Source: Caecitellus pseudoparvulus (lineage: Eukaryota > Protista > Bigyra: Bicosoecida). Taken from it: a stretch of DNA of 64,000 nt. Below the pieces are notes generated by a model. The model was not told where the DNA came from. It saw only the letters and a program-made list of their open reading frames with translations, and did no database searches. The position numbers and the translations under genes were made by a program. Position 1 is the first letter of the stretch; each line of letters opens with the position of its first letter. Shown piece by piece: positions 51,401-61,406 of this stretch. The stretch spans positions 1,178,001-1,242,000 of the forward strand of contig CBFFRQ010000069.1 of NCBI GenBank assembly GCA_965644315.1, written 5' to 3'.

Positions 51401-54400
51401 CAACCAGAGAAGCAGCACCTTCTACAGCCCTGGCAGATCCAGGCAATGCCCTTCAGTTGATGCTGGAGTCAGTGGACGTGGGCCCGGACGCTGCGCACCC
51501 AGTGCATGCTCCAGCTCACTCACGCAGTCGGCGTGCCAACGCCGCTTACTCAGCATACGATGCAGCCACCTTTACATGGGAAGCGCCGGCCTCCAAGTCC
51601 AGCGCCCCGCGGGCCAGCTCGAAGACCCTCATGGCCAGGGCTACACTGGCCAGGTTGGGCGCGGAAGTCGAGGCGAGGGGCCTTGTTCTGCACGGCAGTG
51701 CAGGGGTGAGCCCGCCAGGGGAATCTGTCGCCCCAAAACCTGAGCTAACAACAGCAGACCTGGAGGTTATCACTGACCTGGAGCATTTCCTGCACCCCCG
51801 TCCCGCAATTATCCAACTGTTGGAGACCATGTGCGGCTTCAACGTCGCTGCGGCAGTCTCTCACTTGTGGTCTGGAGCTGGTTCAGGCATTGGCTTAGTG
51901 GGAGCTGACGGACCGATGGGCCTTTCGCCTCTGAAGCTGCACATGCCGCCAGATACTGCCCAGGACTGGATCTCAGAGAGTGCCCACAAGCTGGCAGAGC
52001 ACCTGGCTGGCCCCCTGCTGCCTCGGCCTGTCATGTACGGCGAAGGCGCCGTCGGCTGCATGCAGCCGTTCTTGTACCGCCTGTCGGGGCCTGCGACCCT
52101 CGTGGCGATGGCCACTCGCCAGTCTCTGAGGGGGTACACAGTGACACCGTCTGCAGGTGACACGACTGGTTTGCACGTTCACCTTGCCATGGACCCTGGC
52201 AATGTGGATGGCGAGACGGCAGGCCACTACGCCAAGAGCACTGCTGCCGCTCTCATCGACTTGTCAGCCTCCCTGTATGATGTGCCTTCCGCTGACACGT
52301 CAGCTACAGGCCACTTGGTGGACTCAGTGCCGGCGCCGCCCGGGCCAGGCGGTGGCCCTGCGGCTGTTGTCGCTGCCACAGAAACAGCAGCACGAGTCGT
52401 CTTCCGCGAGCTGCAGGCTCTTGACGACCGGACAGAGGTGCACATTGTGCGTTCCATGCTCACAGCTGCTGCCCTAGGAGGAGGTGATGGGGCCGCTGCA
52501 CTGAACTTGGGGGGGCTTTGGAATCACGGCATCGTGGATGTGACGTGTGCTTCCACGGCCCTCGTGGCGATGCAGGGGGCGGCCACCACGACTTCACGCG
52601 CAGGTGATGACGGTGAAGCTGATTCCCCTGCAGACAGTCTCTGGCTCTGGCCGCCTTGCATTCCCCTGGCTGCAGCATGGTACGCGATCGGCGCAGGTCT
52701 CGGCAACGCTCGAGCAGCCAACAACCTGGGAGCATTGTACAGCGCTGGACTGTTGGGGCACCGCCTCCCCGCCGGGCTCTTGCACACTGTCGGCGTGTTG
52801 CTGCAGCACCACGAGGGTAAGGCTCCGGCCCCCCCTGGGGCGGGCGGCAGCCCAGTCTCACGCATGCCTCAGGGGGCCTTTGCAACGCTTGTGCTCAGCC
52901 TGGCGCGTCTACAGCTCTCCATGCTGCACCGATACGAGCCGGGCCAGGCTGCGGAGTGGGATGGAGTACTGGGCGCCTCATTGACGCCGGCTGAAGCCCA
53001 GTCCGAAGCGATCCATTGGTTTTCAATGGCAGGCGATGCAGGAGAGGGCACCGCCTTGAACAATTTGGGAGTTGCAACAGAGACAGGCGCAGCTGGCGAC
53101 CCTGGTAACCCGTTTTTAGCCGAAGCATACTACCGAGGAGCTGCAGAGGCAGGCGTTGCTGGGGGTATCTTCAACTACGCGTACATGCTGGCCCAGCGCT
53201 CCCGCAGTGCACCAGAGCTTGCATCCGCTAAGGCGTTGCTGACTGCAGCTGCTCAAAGAGGCGTGCCAGCAGCTTCATTTCAGCTGGGGAGCTTGTTGGA
53301 AGTGGAAGCCAAAGCGCTCCATGAGCGCATGCTGGCAAGTGCGGCTGGTCATGGACACGGGGTGCGCCCAGGCGGGCCGGCCCGGGGTGAGAAAGCCCAC
53401 AGGAGCTACGGGGTCAGCCGGGCGCTGGCGACAAGTTCCCATCCAGGCCACGGCTCCGCCGAGATCCAAGCGACGGCGCAGCTGCAGAGGCGCGTGAGCT
53501 TGGATGCCCTCACAAGGCAAGCTCTCGTCGCATTCATGGGCGCTGCAAGAGGTGGAGATGCCTTCGCTGCCTTAAAGTGTGGGCACTACTTCTACGATGC
53601 AGCTGGAGTCGAGGCTCCCAGCTACGAGACAGCTGCCTGCTACTACCTTGCTGCGGCTTGTGGCGGTGATGCTCGAGGCTTGAACAGTTTGGCATGCATG
53701 GTGGAAGATGGGAAGGGCTGGCTGGCAGGCCCTGACAAGTTGCGAGCAGAGATTCTCTTTCGCCTGGCGGCAGGGGACAGTGAAGGGGCGGCTGTTTTGC
53801 TGTGGGAACTGCACATGATTCAGCACAGCGAGTTTGAGCAGCATTCCCACACAGCTCAGCAGCAAGCGCGGGGCGCAGCCTCCGCCCGCTCGGGAAGCAG
53901 CGTTGCGAGCACGTCCTTGACGACCTGGCGGCCCCTGGCGCCTGGAAGCCCCGACAGATCTGGTTCCTCTGCTCAGGCCCCAGCAAGCAGCACCGCCGGC
54001 GTCATCTGTGCCGGCGACGAGGCATTGCCCCACTTGCCAGTGGCTGTGCTGGCTTCACTGCCTGTCCCGAACACCCAAGACAGCAACGCCATGATGAACT
54101 TGTACTGGATGTACAAGAGGCGAGGCGAAGCGCTCTTGGGGGATGTTTTTGCATTGCAAGCTCAAAGCACACGGCCAGAGGGTGAGAGTCCAGCTCCTTT
54201 GGGAGCACATGTAAAAGCTGCTGTTGTCGCAGCCTTCAAGGACCGGCCGTGGCTCGCTGGCGGAGACGGTGCCAGCGAGGCTGGTGATGGCGTCAGAGCA
54301 AGTGCAGCACACTTGGAAGCGCACTGGCTCGCAGAGGCGTCAGCGTATCGGGCTGAAGCTGCCACTTGGCTACGCGCAGCAGCAGCGAGGGGTCACCGGC

Positions 54401-54447
54401 AAGCGTTGACGGTGCAGCGCAGCCAGCGAGCCCAGCAGGGGGTGTAG
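48490..54447 (+). CDS. Large Sel1-like repeat protein with low-complexity insertions (~1,985 aa)
   Basis: Sel1 repeats: AIRLWEAAAMQGDALSMLQLA, AAAWYAIGAGLGNARAANNLGALY, AIHWFSMAGDAGEGTALNNLG, AEAYYRGAAEAGVAGGIFNYA, AACYYLAAACGGDARGLNSLA, AATWLRAAAARGHRQA. First in-frame ATG is at 48490. Confidence 0.8.
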   Translation: MSAAPAAGVGTAPKPGDPPPIQASDEPQDRTLATPGGGAAESKADGPTGSAPPGASAAVAGDAAHTSPAAPGSAGQADPAAHAGPAAAVPAASHSLRQRRAKAAAHSDGERQDAPGRLLVHTRKSVRHSKTTVAEDGTVLVQVEKGGAVEHGDVDLTTFSVPELAQASKELLDCISGLSKRQVKNISSMPELKSLAAKISYFIARYRGTIQGALRAAAEEDEARTASVQVQLATAGAATGGGRGLLRLSAAGQLKASLTDSGVFDVESSSQPAAPVTATAASDIRSSTVGLYVAILNCTTVVRKVGSLMIFADTRMGRDIMFMRTEVANALSTLLAVLPHAPKDGRWPGQGRGGGGASGWPLAWVDTSRVTILGAGVVFPLHIPAEAATQRAAALDLWQGAGGQERRPAQAIRLWEAAAMQGDALSMLQLAHIALHRAHRAQAAVLSADVGTGLDDKVSAMRWLLTAMPLAPCQPAVLTATGQFLAHMVLNKQRAAWASLGPQEGRQTPHANLAWLEGPLGAPRLPLRRAIMQVVRFLADAGNGSHVSLAATLERQEAAAGSEDGAWEGFWSAVLSAAIARGLAALGAHVHGTPGGGFAPNPPPMGGGQFAPLWQFAAWAGVADSWAQTLQSTPAGIDADKVGMGQTDVTHLAVLGAAPTRSDGGMAPLGAGGAALLAAHRRRGVAGGLPGRVGSGSHPTGAGPQPSEVPRFDRTRCLPVRARGMEASPAGEPGTSQWVTSVDRASDRAWQRSATLGSVAAATLPDLSALHLMQDGFEALAQGEQGQSPSQATRGLERRLQTGAGPRESAGSARLMSLASRSRSRALARYYQALVDMEASGPATSVSAPPGGEIPSSGVREFRGLSRLDAASPAAPSSGRSVTSRLSSGRLSGAQEPGRATTPHNGSSLNRRITREASGRSLRSGHGSDAAPLQGMASAGQADPAEDARPPAGGEADATTSGPLGGPSGDTTREAAPSTALADPGNALQLMLESVDVGPDAAHPVHAPAHSRSRRANAAYSAYDAATFTWEAPASKSSAPRASSKTLMARATLARLGAEVEARGLVLHGSAGVSPPGESVAPKPELTTADLEVITDLEHFLHPRPAIIQLLETMCGFNVAAAVSHLWSGAGSGIGLVGADGPMGLSPLKLHMPPDTAQDWISESAHKLAEHLAGPLLPRPVMYGEGAVGCMQPFLYRLSGPATLVAMATRQSLRGYTVTPSAGDTTGLHVHLAMDPGNVDGETAGHYAKSTAAALIDLSASLYDVPSADTSATGHLVDSVPAPPGPGGGPAAVVAATETAARVVFRELQALDDRTEVHIVRSMLTAAALGGGDGAAALNLGGLWNHGIVDVTCASTALVAMQGAATTTSRAGDDGEADSPADSLWLWPPCIPLAAAWYAIGAGLGNARAANNLGALYSAGLLGHRLPAGLLHTVGVLLQHHEGKAPAPPGAGGSPVSRMPQGAFATLVLSLARLQLSMLHRYEPGQAAEWDGVLGASLTPAEAQSEAIHWFSMAGDAGEGTALNNLGVATETGAAGDPGNPFLAEAYYRGAAEAGVAGGIFNYAYMLAQRSRSAPELASAKALLTAAAQRGVPAASFQLGSLLEVEAKALHERMLASAAGHGHGVRPGGPARGEKAHRSYGVSRALATSSHPGHGSAEIQATAQLQRRVSLDALTRQALVAFMGAARGGDAFAALKCGHYFYDAAGVEAPSYETAACYYLAAACGGDARGLNSLACMVEDGKGWLAGPDKLRAEILFRLAAGDSEGAAVLLWELHMIQHSEFEQHSHTAQQQARGAASARSGSSVASTSLTTWRPLAPGSPDRSGSSAQAPASSTAGVICAGDEALPHLPVAVLASLPVPNTQDSNAMMNLYWMYKRRGEALLGDVFALQAQSTRPEGESPAPLGAHVKAAVVAAFKDRPWLAGGDGASEAGDGVRASAAHLEAHWLAEASAYRAEAATWLRAAAARGHRQALTVQRSQRAQQGV

Positions 54448-54506
54448 GCAGCGTGGGCGTGGAATGCACCACGAGTCCCGCCGTGCCGGCCTCGCGCAAT
54501 GTCGGT

Positions 54507-57500
54507 CTACAGCAAGGTCATCCTCCGCGAAGGCCGTCGGCCTCTCCGGCCTGTTGGGCTGGTGCTGCGGTACTGGTCAAGGGACGCTTGCCGTGCGCGG
54601 GTACGCCCGCGTGCCGTGAGAGGGGGGGAGGGAGGTCCCTTTGCATCTGGGTCGACAGCGGGGCGCTCGACACGTTTCGTGACCCCCACCGGGCGGTCTT
54701 TTGCAAGGTTTTTGTGAGCAATGGCATCAGTAGGGAAGATCCCGGTGGTCGGCCGGGCGCCAAACTGGGCTCGGTGCTGTGCTCCTCTGCGTTGCGATTG
54801 CAGCGGGGAGGAAGACAGTCGACGGACCAACGGCACATCCTCGTCATCCACGGAGAAGCGGCGCTTGCTCAGCAGCTCGCTCTCGGATTCATCACCCGGA
54901 AGCAACTGCCTGCTCAATGATGCGTCAGAATCAGGAAGCTCCACCTCGCCGCTCTTGCGCTCCTCGTCTTCGTCAGCGGGTCGCGCAGGCGCAGGGCGGC
55001 TGCAAGTCTGGAGCACAGCCTGTTGAAGCCGCCAAGGCAGCATGCAAAAGAGGCAACCCAGCACGCCTGTCCACACCATGATCACCATCAGCCACTCAGC
55101 TGCACTGACCCACGAGCGCAACAGCTCAGTTTCAGCGCGCTGGCCAGCCGATGGCGTCGCAGCAGGCAACCCCGCAACTTCAGCAGTTGGCTGTGAAGCT
55201 GCAAAGATGCGGACTCTCCACACATCTGATACCCAAAGGAGCCCAGCGTGTACCGTGGCAGTGATAAAAATGAGGCGCATGAGGGCCGCCCGGCGAGAAC
55301 TCTGCAATCGAAGCAATTGCATGCCAGTGGACTGCACGGAGGGTGCAGGCGAGACGCCAGACCTCCACGGCAGGGCAAATACATGCTTCACACTCCTCCC
55401 CACGTCCACCGCCCGGTCCAAGGCATATGGCTTGCCAAACTCGTGCGTGAGCATCAGGACAGTGCAAATCGAGACTGCGAGGAATGCCCTGGAGGACACC
55501 GTGCCAAGCATCGCTGGGAGCAGGGCCAGGCAGCACAAGCAAACGTACAGCGGCAAGGCCCACCACCACATACCGGGGCGGTGCCACGCCCACAAGAAGC
55601 CCCACGCATTCCAGCCAGGGGGCGGGCGTGTGGGAACGCGCGCGGTTGCGACGCGCCCTGCCAACGTGAACGCTGCCGCCTGCACCTCTGATCCGGTCCT
55701 GTAAAGGACCCACAAGACGGCAGCAGGGGCAACCAGAAGGAAAAGCAATGCAGCAATGGAGATTCCTAACAGCGCAGCTCGAATGGGCTCCTCCATGGCA
55801 GAAAAATCGGCGGTTTGTCGCCACACCCCTTGACGATCCTGCACTTGTGGCCACGCGCCAGACGCCAGGGAGCTCAAGCCAAGAGGCACAGCAGTCCACA
55901 CCGCGATGGGGGCCGCCGACGCCACGATGAGATCCATGCGGGCAGTTTGCTGCCCAGCACTGGAAACGCTCGTTTTTGCTGACTTTGCTGCTGGCCAGAG
56001 AAGCGCCAAGCCAAAAGCCATGGCCAAGGTCACGACCACCGCGAGTGCAGGGAATGCCAGGCCAAACACCGTGCGCCCCACAGCGGATTGGGCTTGAGGC
56101 CAAAGGCAAGCCATGGATACGGAGTTTGGAGAAGGGAGAAGCGATGGCACGCCAAACAGGACATCAGGCAGACCAGCTTCATGGAAGGGGTTTGTGCGCA
56201 GGTCTCTGAGGAGCCCATGCAGTTGAAGGTGCACCACCAGGGCAAAGGCCGCGAATGCTGTGAAGGCGTTTGCAGTTGCTGCTGTTGGTCTCCACTTGGC
56301 TGCGCGGTGTGCCAGCACCGCCCCCGCCGCGTCAGAGGCAGCCCAGTGCACGCCCACAACCTCAAGGGCAGCTGCTGCGGCCTCACATTCCTCCATAGAG
56401 CCCAGACGCACTCTCCCTGTGCTTGTCACACTCTTGGCGCGGCTTCGGACTGAAGGTCGCTCCACCAGCTGCACTTTCAGCAGCGCGGTGTACCCTGCCG
56501 CTGCGTACCCTTTATGCCAAGCCACGAGCAAGGCACACACCAGCACAGCACTGAGAAGAAACGCAGCACACAAGTTTAAAATCAACACTTCTGAAGGTGG
56601 GCATGAGCTGCAGGAGCCGTGCACACCAGAGGCTGGCGAGTTGTGCACCCAGCCGGGCTGGCACTCAGCGCACAGCCCCTCGGCACCCCCCGCGTGCCCT
56701 TCAGCGCAGAAGGTGTTCAAGATTATAAGGTCTTGCTGAGTGGATGACAAGTCCAAATCAACAAGCTGTGCACCGACGCCCTGCTCTGGGAGGCTGCGCC
56801 TCGGAAGGCAGGCAAAGGGGTTGGGACAGGGAACTGTTCCCAGATCTGGGACGCCAGTGGCAGTGTCATCTCGAACAGTGATGGAAAAGCCAGCATCCAC
56901 ATGGATGCTACCTCGCGCGCACACCGTGTTGGGAGGGCAGTTTGCACACTCTGACCACGCTTTGCCAGAGAAAGTGCCAGGTGGGCAGACGAGACACACG
57001 CCTGGAGCGTTTGAAGCGCGCAGCGTGGGCGAGGGACCGTACGTGCCAGGGAGACAAGCATCGCAGACGAGCGTCTGTGGGGTGATCGTTTGCAGGGCAA
57101 GGCGGGGTTGAAGGGCCCAACCAGCCGAGCACAAGCACTGCATGCCACTGCTGTCTGACTCCACGCCCTCAGGCCCACTGGAGCAGTGGGGAGCTGACAC
57201 GTTCACCCAGATTTCTTGCGAAGAGTGCGGGCAAGAATGCTTTTCTGAGGTGTTAAAATTAAGGGGCGGCTGAAAAGACAAGTCAATGTTGCTCAAAGGC
57301 AGACGGGGGGGCAGTGCAACGGCAGTCAAGCCCAGTAACAGAGGCGACGGGTCTGCGATGCTGCTCGACACTTGCACCAGGTGCGAAGCATTGAGGCCGA
57401 GCGTAGAACCGAACATGGACTCCAAAGAAGCTGGCGTGGCCAGCTGTACTGCCGTGAATGCAAGTGCGTGAACTCCAGAAGGGCCTTGGCAAGGGCTCCA

Positions 57501-60500
57501 GCTTGAGTTGGCTGCTGGCACAGCCCGAAGCAGAGGAAGAGCAGCCCTGGGAGACACAGGAAAGCCGAATGAATCCCTAGCAAGCACCGCTGCCACGGGC
57601 TCAGCAGCACTGAAGGATGCCGGATTTGTCGGCACCCCAGATGCCAAGATCGGCGCCTTTCTCAAGTCAAAAGGTCCTCGGCGAACGTAAAAAACGCTAC
57701 TTCGCACGCTGGGCCTCCCAGCCCGCGTGGATACAGCCACTGGGACTATGTGAAGCTCTTGGACTCCAGTAAGGGTGTCGTTGGTGACCAATGCAATGGT
57801 GGCTGCGTACGTGCCAAGGGCCGGCATGGTCCCCGCTGAGTACGTGAGCAGAAGAGAAAGCTCCGCTCGAGCGCCTGGCGGAGTATGCAGCGGTGCTACT
57901 GTGTGATCAGGGGGAACGACTTGGCCTGCGAACCTTAAGCCAAGCCAAGGACTAGAAGAAAAGGCAGTCGTTGCTTGAGCAAAGCGAGTGGACGCATTTG
58001 ATGCGGTGCCCGTGCTGCTGCACAGGGGGGGCGGCGCGATCACAGCCCGGACATCAGCCACTTCCGCGTCAAGAGCGGCAGCAAGGATGACTTGCATCGG
58101 ACCCGTGCCTCTGTTGGTGAGGGACACACTGCCTTGAGCTGTAAGCTGGGCTGCCACGGGAGCTCCAGTGTCGGTTGGGGCTGCAAGGCCCTCTATTCTG
58201 ACCTGGAATGGGCACAGAGCCACCGAGGTCACCAAAACTCGAATGTCCACCTCCGATTCTACAGCAGCCCCCGGCACACTGGGTAGCCATACTGCAAGGC
58301 TGCTTTCATGAAGGCCCGCGGACAGCCGGGTAGTGTCTATGCTCAGTGTGAAGCGGGTGGCAGAGAATGGAGCGACAGACAGGGCAACGCAACTGTCCCC
58401 AGGGCTTGCCAGCCCTGGGGCACAGGGCGCACCTGGCGCTGGCTGGAGCCAGCATGCAGCAGCAGCAGGCACAGCCAAAGACACAAGGCCTTGTGCCGCA
58501 CCATCATTTTGAATGGTCAGTGACAAAGGCGACGTGCTAGAAGCGGCGAGCGCATCCAGCGACAGAGACGCAGAAATGCCCCTGGGTGTCAACTGCATGC
58601 TTGGGGACCGGACCTGCACGACAACAGGCACGGCTGCGAGAACGGTTCCCTCCTGTACAGAGGTCACTTCTAACGAAAAGACAAAGACTGCGGAGGGCGG
58701 AAAGGCCGTGAATCCTGGAGACAGAGAAGCTTGGACTTGAATGGGAATGGAGATGATGTTCGTCCCAGTGTCCAACGGGCCAGCGCTTGCCGCAGGAGAC
58801 AGCGATACGACAGGCAAACCGACGAGCGTGTCTGGAGCAATGCCCGAGGCTGACTGTGCGACGGCTTCTGAAGGTGAGTCCGTGCACACTGTGCCCTCCG
58901 GCCCTGTGCAGTACACGTATGCTTTCGACATGGTCATACTCGCATTGAGATGAGAAGAGATGGACCAGGATGCATCTGAGGCCCCGATACGCAAAGTTAA
59001 ATGAAGTTGAGCTGTCATGAGCCCTGCTGACTGATCGCTCTCTGGCACGAGAAGCAGCTGCGGAGGAGACTGTGGCAGCAAGTCAGTGTACCAAACTGTG
59101 CCGCTGGTCCGGTCGCCTGGATCAGGCAGTGGGGAAATGGTCGGCAGGGCGGACGAGGAAGGCAGAGGAGTCTCAGAGGGAGTCGCTGAAGGTGTTGGCG
59201 TGAAGGTTGGAGTTGGGGACACGGAGGCAGTTGGCGAGGCAGTTGGCGTCGCTGAGGGTGAGGGCAATGGCACCACCGCGCACAGGCAAAAGGAAGACCC
59301 GGTTCCTTGAATGCTCCCCATGCTGCAGTTGGACGAGCCGCTGCTCGTGAAGTTGCAGGAAGCGCCACCAGGTGTGCCATCAACGTCCACTTCAGTCAGG
59401 TTCACGACTCTGTCGAAGAATGCGTTTGGAACAGCAGTCAAGTTGGGGTTGTAGGAGAGGTCCAGAAAGGAGAGGTCGTGCAAGTCGTCAAGCAAGTCCA
59501 CGGGAAGGGACCGCAGAGCGTCATTGAAACCAATGGACAGCGCAGTCAGGGAGGTGAGCCCCCGAAACAAGTTGCGGGGCAAATCTGCCAGCTCAGTGTT
59601 GCCCATGATGTTCAGCGAGCGGAGCTGTTGCAGACCATGCAGAAGGTTAGGGGGCAGTGACAGCATGGCTCCATTGAAGATGATTTGCAACACCTCCAAG
59701 TTGACGAGAGGCTGCAGAATGGCAGGGGGCAGAGAGACGAGGGCGGGGTTGAAGGACAGCCTTAGCGTGGTCAACGACGCGAGGCCCGCGAAAGTGTCTG
59801 GGCTCAAGGACACAATGGCGTCATTGTGTGTGATTCGCAGGGACTGGAGGCTCGCCAGGGCTGAAAAGAGGCCCGGAGCGGGCGCTTGCATGCTGGGGTT
59901 GTTGCTCAGGTACAAGAACTTGAGGGAGACCAGGTCCCGAAACAAGCCAACTGGCAGCTGCGACAAGTTTTCGTTTTCCTGGAGTCTGAAGCTTCGAAGC
60001 TCTGTTAAGCCGGCGAGCGTGTCAGGATGCAGGTTGGTCAGGTTGCTGCAGCGGGTGATGCTGAGTGTGCTCAACTGCTGCAGAGAGCTCAAGGCACCGG
60101 CCTCAATCTCGAACAAGGACGGGCTATCCTCGATTACCAGCGCCTGCAGGCCACCCAATCCATCAAAAACACCCGTCTGCAGGCGAGAAAGTGCGGCATT
60201 GTTCTGCAAGTACACGAACGACAGTTGGGGCAAGTTGTCGAATACTCGAGCAGGGAGCTGCTCAAGCGCATGGTTCTGGTGAAAGTAGACATTCGTCAGG
60301 TTGGTCATTCCTGCGAACGCCTGTGGGTGCACAGACTGCACTGAGCAATTGTTGATGAACAGGCTGGCGCCAGGCACACAGCCAGCGCAGGACGTCAGCT
60401 CAGAGCCAGATACGACGCAGCAGTCAGGGCAGCCGGCGGCGGCGCAGGCAAGGCTGCCGAGCACGAGAGCAGTTCGGAGTAAGACGAAAAGGAGGCCTTG

Positions 60501-60521
60501 TTTGGGAGCAGCTAGGCGCAT
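54507..60521 (-). CDS. Cell-surface LRR receptor-like multi-pass membrane protein (~2,004 aa)
   Basis: Signal peptide (MRLAAPKQGLLFVLLRTALVLGSLACAAA), Cys cap, 13-14 extracellular-type 25-aa LRRs, PSPSATPTASP linker, beta-rich Ig-like domains, Cys-rich C..C.PGT repeats, and about 9 TM segments with the motif WGFLWAWHRPGMWWW..KPY. Confidence 0.85.
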   Translation of the reverse strand: MRLAAPKQGLLFVLLRTALVLGSLACAAAGCPDCCVVSGSELTSCAGCVPGASLFINNCSVQSVHPQAFAGMTNLTNVYFHQNHALEQLPARVFDNLPQLSFVYLQNNAALSRLQTGVFDGLGGLQALVIEDSPSLFEIEAGALSSLQQLSTLSITRCSNLTNLHPDTLAGLTELRSFRLQENENLSQLPVGLFRDLVSLKFLYLSNNPSMQAPAPGLFSALASLQSLRITHNDAIVSLSPDTFAGLASLTTLRLSFNPALVSLPPAILQPLVNLEVLQIIFNGAMLSLPPNLLHGLQQLRSLNIMGNTELADLPRNLFRGLTSLTALSIGFNDALRSLPVDLLDDLHDLSFLDLSYNPNLTAVPNAFFDRVVNLTEVDVDGTPGGASCNFTSSGSSNCSMGSIQGTGSSFCLCAVVPLPSPSATPTASPTASVSPTPTFTPTPSATPSETPLPSSSALPTISPLPDPGDRTSGTVWYTDLLPQSPPQLLLVPESDQSAGLMTAQLHLTLRIGASDASWSISSHLNASMTMSKAYVYCTGPEGTVCTDSPSEAVAQSASGIAPDTLVGLPVVSLSPAASAGPLDTGTNIISIPIQVQASLSPGFTAFPPSAVFVFSLEVTSVQEGTVLAAVPVVVQVRSPSMQLTPRGISASLSLDALAASSTSPLSLTIQNDGAAQGLVSLAVPAAAACWLQPAPGAPCAPGLASPGDSCVALSVAPFSATRFTLSIDTTRLSAGLHESSLAVWLPSVPGAAVESEVDIRVLVTSVALCPFQVRIEGLAAPTDTGAPVAAQLTAQGSVSLTNRGTGPMQVILAAALDAEVADVRAVIAPPPLCSSTGTASNASTRFAQATTAFSSSPWLGLRFAGQVVPPDHTVAPLHTPPGARAELSLLLTYSAGTMPALGTYAATIALVTNDTLTGVQELHIVPVAVSTRAGRPSVRSSVFYVRRGPFDLRKAPILASGVPTNPASFSAAEPVAAVLARDSFGFPVSPRAALPLLRAVPAANSSWSPCQGPSGVHALAFTAVQLATPASLESMFGSTLGLNASHLVQVSSSIADPSPLLLGLTAVALPPRLPLSNIDLSFQPPLNFNTSEKHSCPHSSQEIWVNVSAPHCSSGPEGVESDSSGMQCLCSAGWALQPRLALQTITPQTLVCDACLPGTYGPSPTLRASNAPGVCLVCPPGTFSGKAWSECANCPPNTVCARGSIHVDAGFSITVRDDTATGVPDLGTVPCPNPFACLPRRSLPEQGVGAQLVDLDLSSTQQDLIILNTFCAEGHAGGAEGLCAECQPGWVHNSPASGVHGSCSSCPPSEVLILNLCAAFLLSAVLVCALLVAWHKGYAAAGYTALLKVQLVERPSVRSRAKSVTSTGRVRLGSMEECEAAAAALEVVGVHWAASDAAGAVLAHRAAKWRPTAATANAFTAFAAFALVVHLQLHGLLRDLRTNPFHEAGLPDVLFGVPSLLPSPNSVSMACLWPQAQSAVGRTVFGLAFPALAVVVTLAMAFGLALLWPAAKSAKTSVSSAGQQTARMDLIVASAAPIAVWTAVPLGLSSLASGAWPQVQDRQGVWRQTADFSAMEEPIRAALLGISIAALLFLLVAPAAVLWVLYRTGSEVQAAAFTLAGRVATARVPTRPPPGWNAWGFLWAWHRPGMWWWALPLYVCLCCLALLPAMLGTVSSRAFLAVSICTVLMLTHEFGKPYALDRAVDVGRSVKHVFALPWRSGVSPAPSVQSTGMQLLRLQSSRRAALMRLIFITATVHAGLLWVSDVWRVRIFAASQPTAEVAGLPAATPSAGQRAETELLRSWVSAAEWLMVIMVWTGVLGCLFCMLPWRLQQAVLQTCSRPAPARPADEDEERKSGEVELPDSDASLSRQLLPGDESESELLSKRRFSVDDEDVPLVRRLSSSPLQSQRRGAQHRAQFGARPTTGIFPTDAIAHKNLAKDRPVGVTKRVERPAVDPDAKGPPSPPLTARGRTRARQASLDQYRSTSPTGRRGRRPSRRMTLL
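59150..59270 (-). repeat. Coding Pro/Ser/Thr-rich (mucin-like) linker repeat
   Basis: Encodes PLPSPSATPTASPTASVSPTPTFTPTPSATPSETPLPSSS. GGCAGTTGGCG occurs twice on the + strand. Confidence 0.7.
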
Positions 60522-61406
60522 GCGAGGCTGAAGTGTCGCTTTCGTGCCGTTGAGTTCGGGCCCACATGTTGGCCATCTGCAACTTCCGAGGCATCCGATG
60601 CCAGCCCCTTCTCCCTGCAGGCCTGCCACGGGCCACATCCGCAGAGGAGCCTGCAAAGCCCGACCTTTCATCACCTCAGTGCAAGGGTGGCCCTCCTTCA
60701 AGCTGTCTGGGAGCAGCGGGGAGCTGGTGTTTCACGTCCGGCGTTTCGGCCGGCACTCAGCTTGTCGCTGTTTGCGAACGTCTTCTTTCGACTGCACTCT
60801 GCCTGGCGATGCAGGCACGCAGGCGAGCCTGTGTAAGACACGCTTGGCGTGAGATCTTGCTCACTCTGCAAGCACGAACTCCCAGCAAAGCCCTTGAGCG
60901 CTGCCATGCAAAGCAGTGCACCACAGCAGCTCGCGAAGGCGGGCGCCTGCGTCAGGTGCAGCTTGCATCCAAGTCGAACAAATGTGTGACTGCTCACACC
61001 GGACACATTGAACATGTTGATTTTGAAATGATGCACTAACTTGTGCATCAGTGCTGTTCACCCGCATGTTTGACGCGACGCTGCAGGCACTGGCCAACAC
61101 ATGCCTACGTCGGGCTTGCCAGCAGAAGTTCGCTACCAGCAAGGAATCCGTGGGTCTCAGGGCACCTCAAACAGGAGAAACAGCCCACTTCAGCCATTCT
61201 ACATGCACCCATACACTTCGATGCCGAACGTTATGCGCAGTGCGGCCCTCCTTCATTGACGGTGTGGGGTGGCTGCGCCGCCACACTCAGGGAAAGCCGC
61301 GCATCCGCCAGGCCAGCCCCAGCACTGCGTCCCGCTCGTGGACGAACCACTGCTGCGCCTTGAGGGGCTATTGGGAGGGCAAGGGTCCTCGACAGGAATC
61401 CCTACT

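Noticed and set aside
61029-61050. Perfect 8-bp inverted repeat TGATGCAC-6nt-GTGCATCA in a divergent intergenic region
   Set aside because: Single short copy with a TGCA core that is common here. No target-site duplication or second copy to suggest a MITE or ncRNA.
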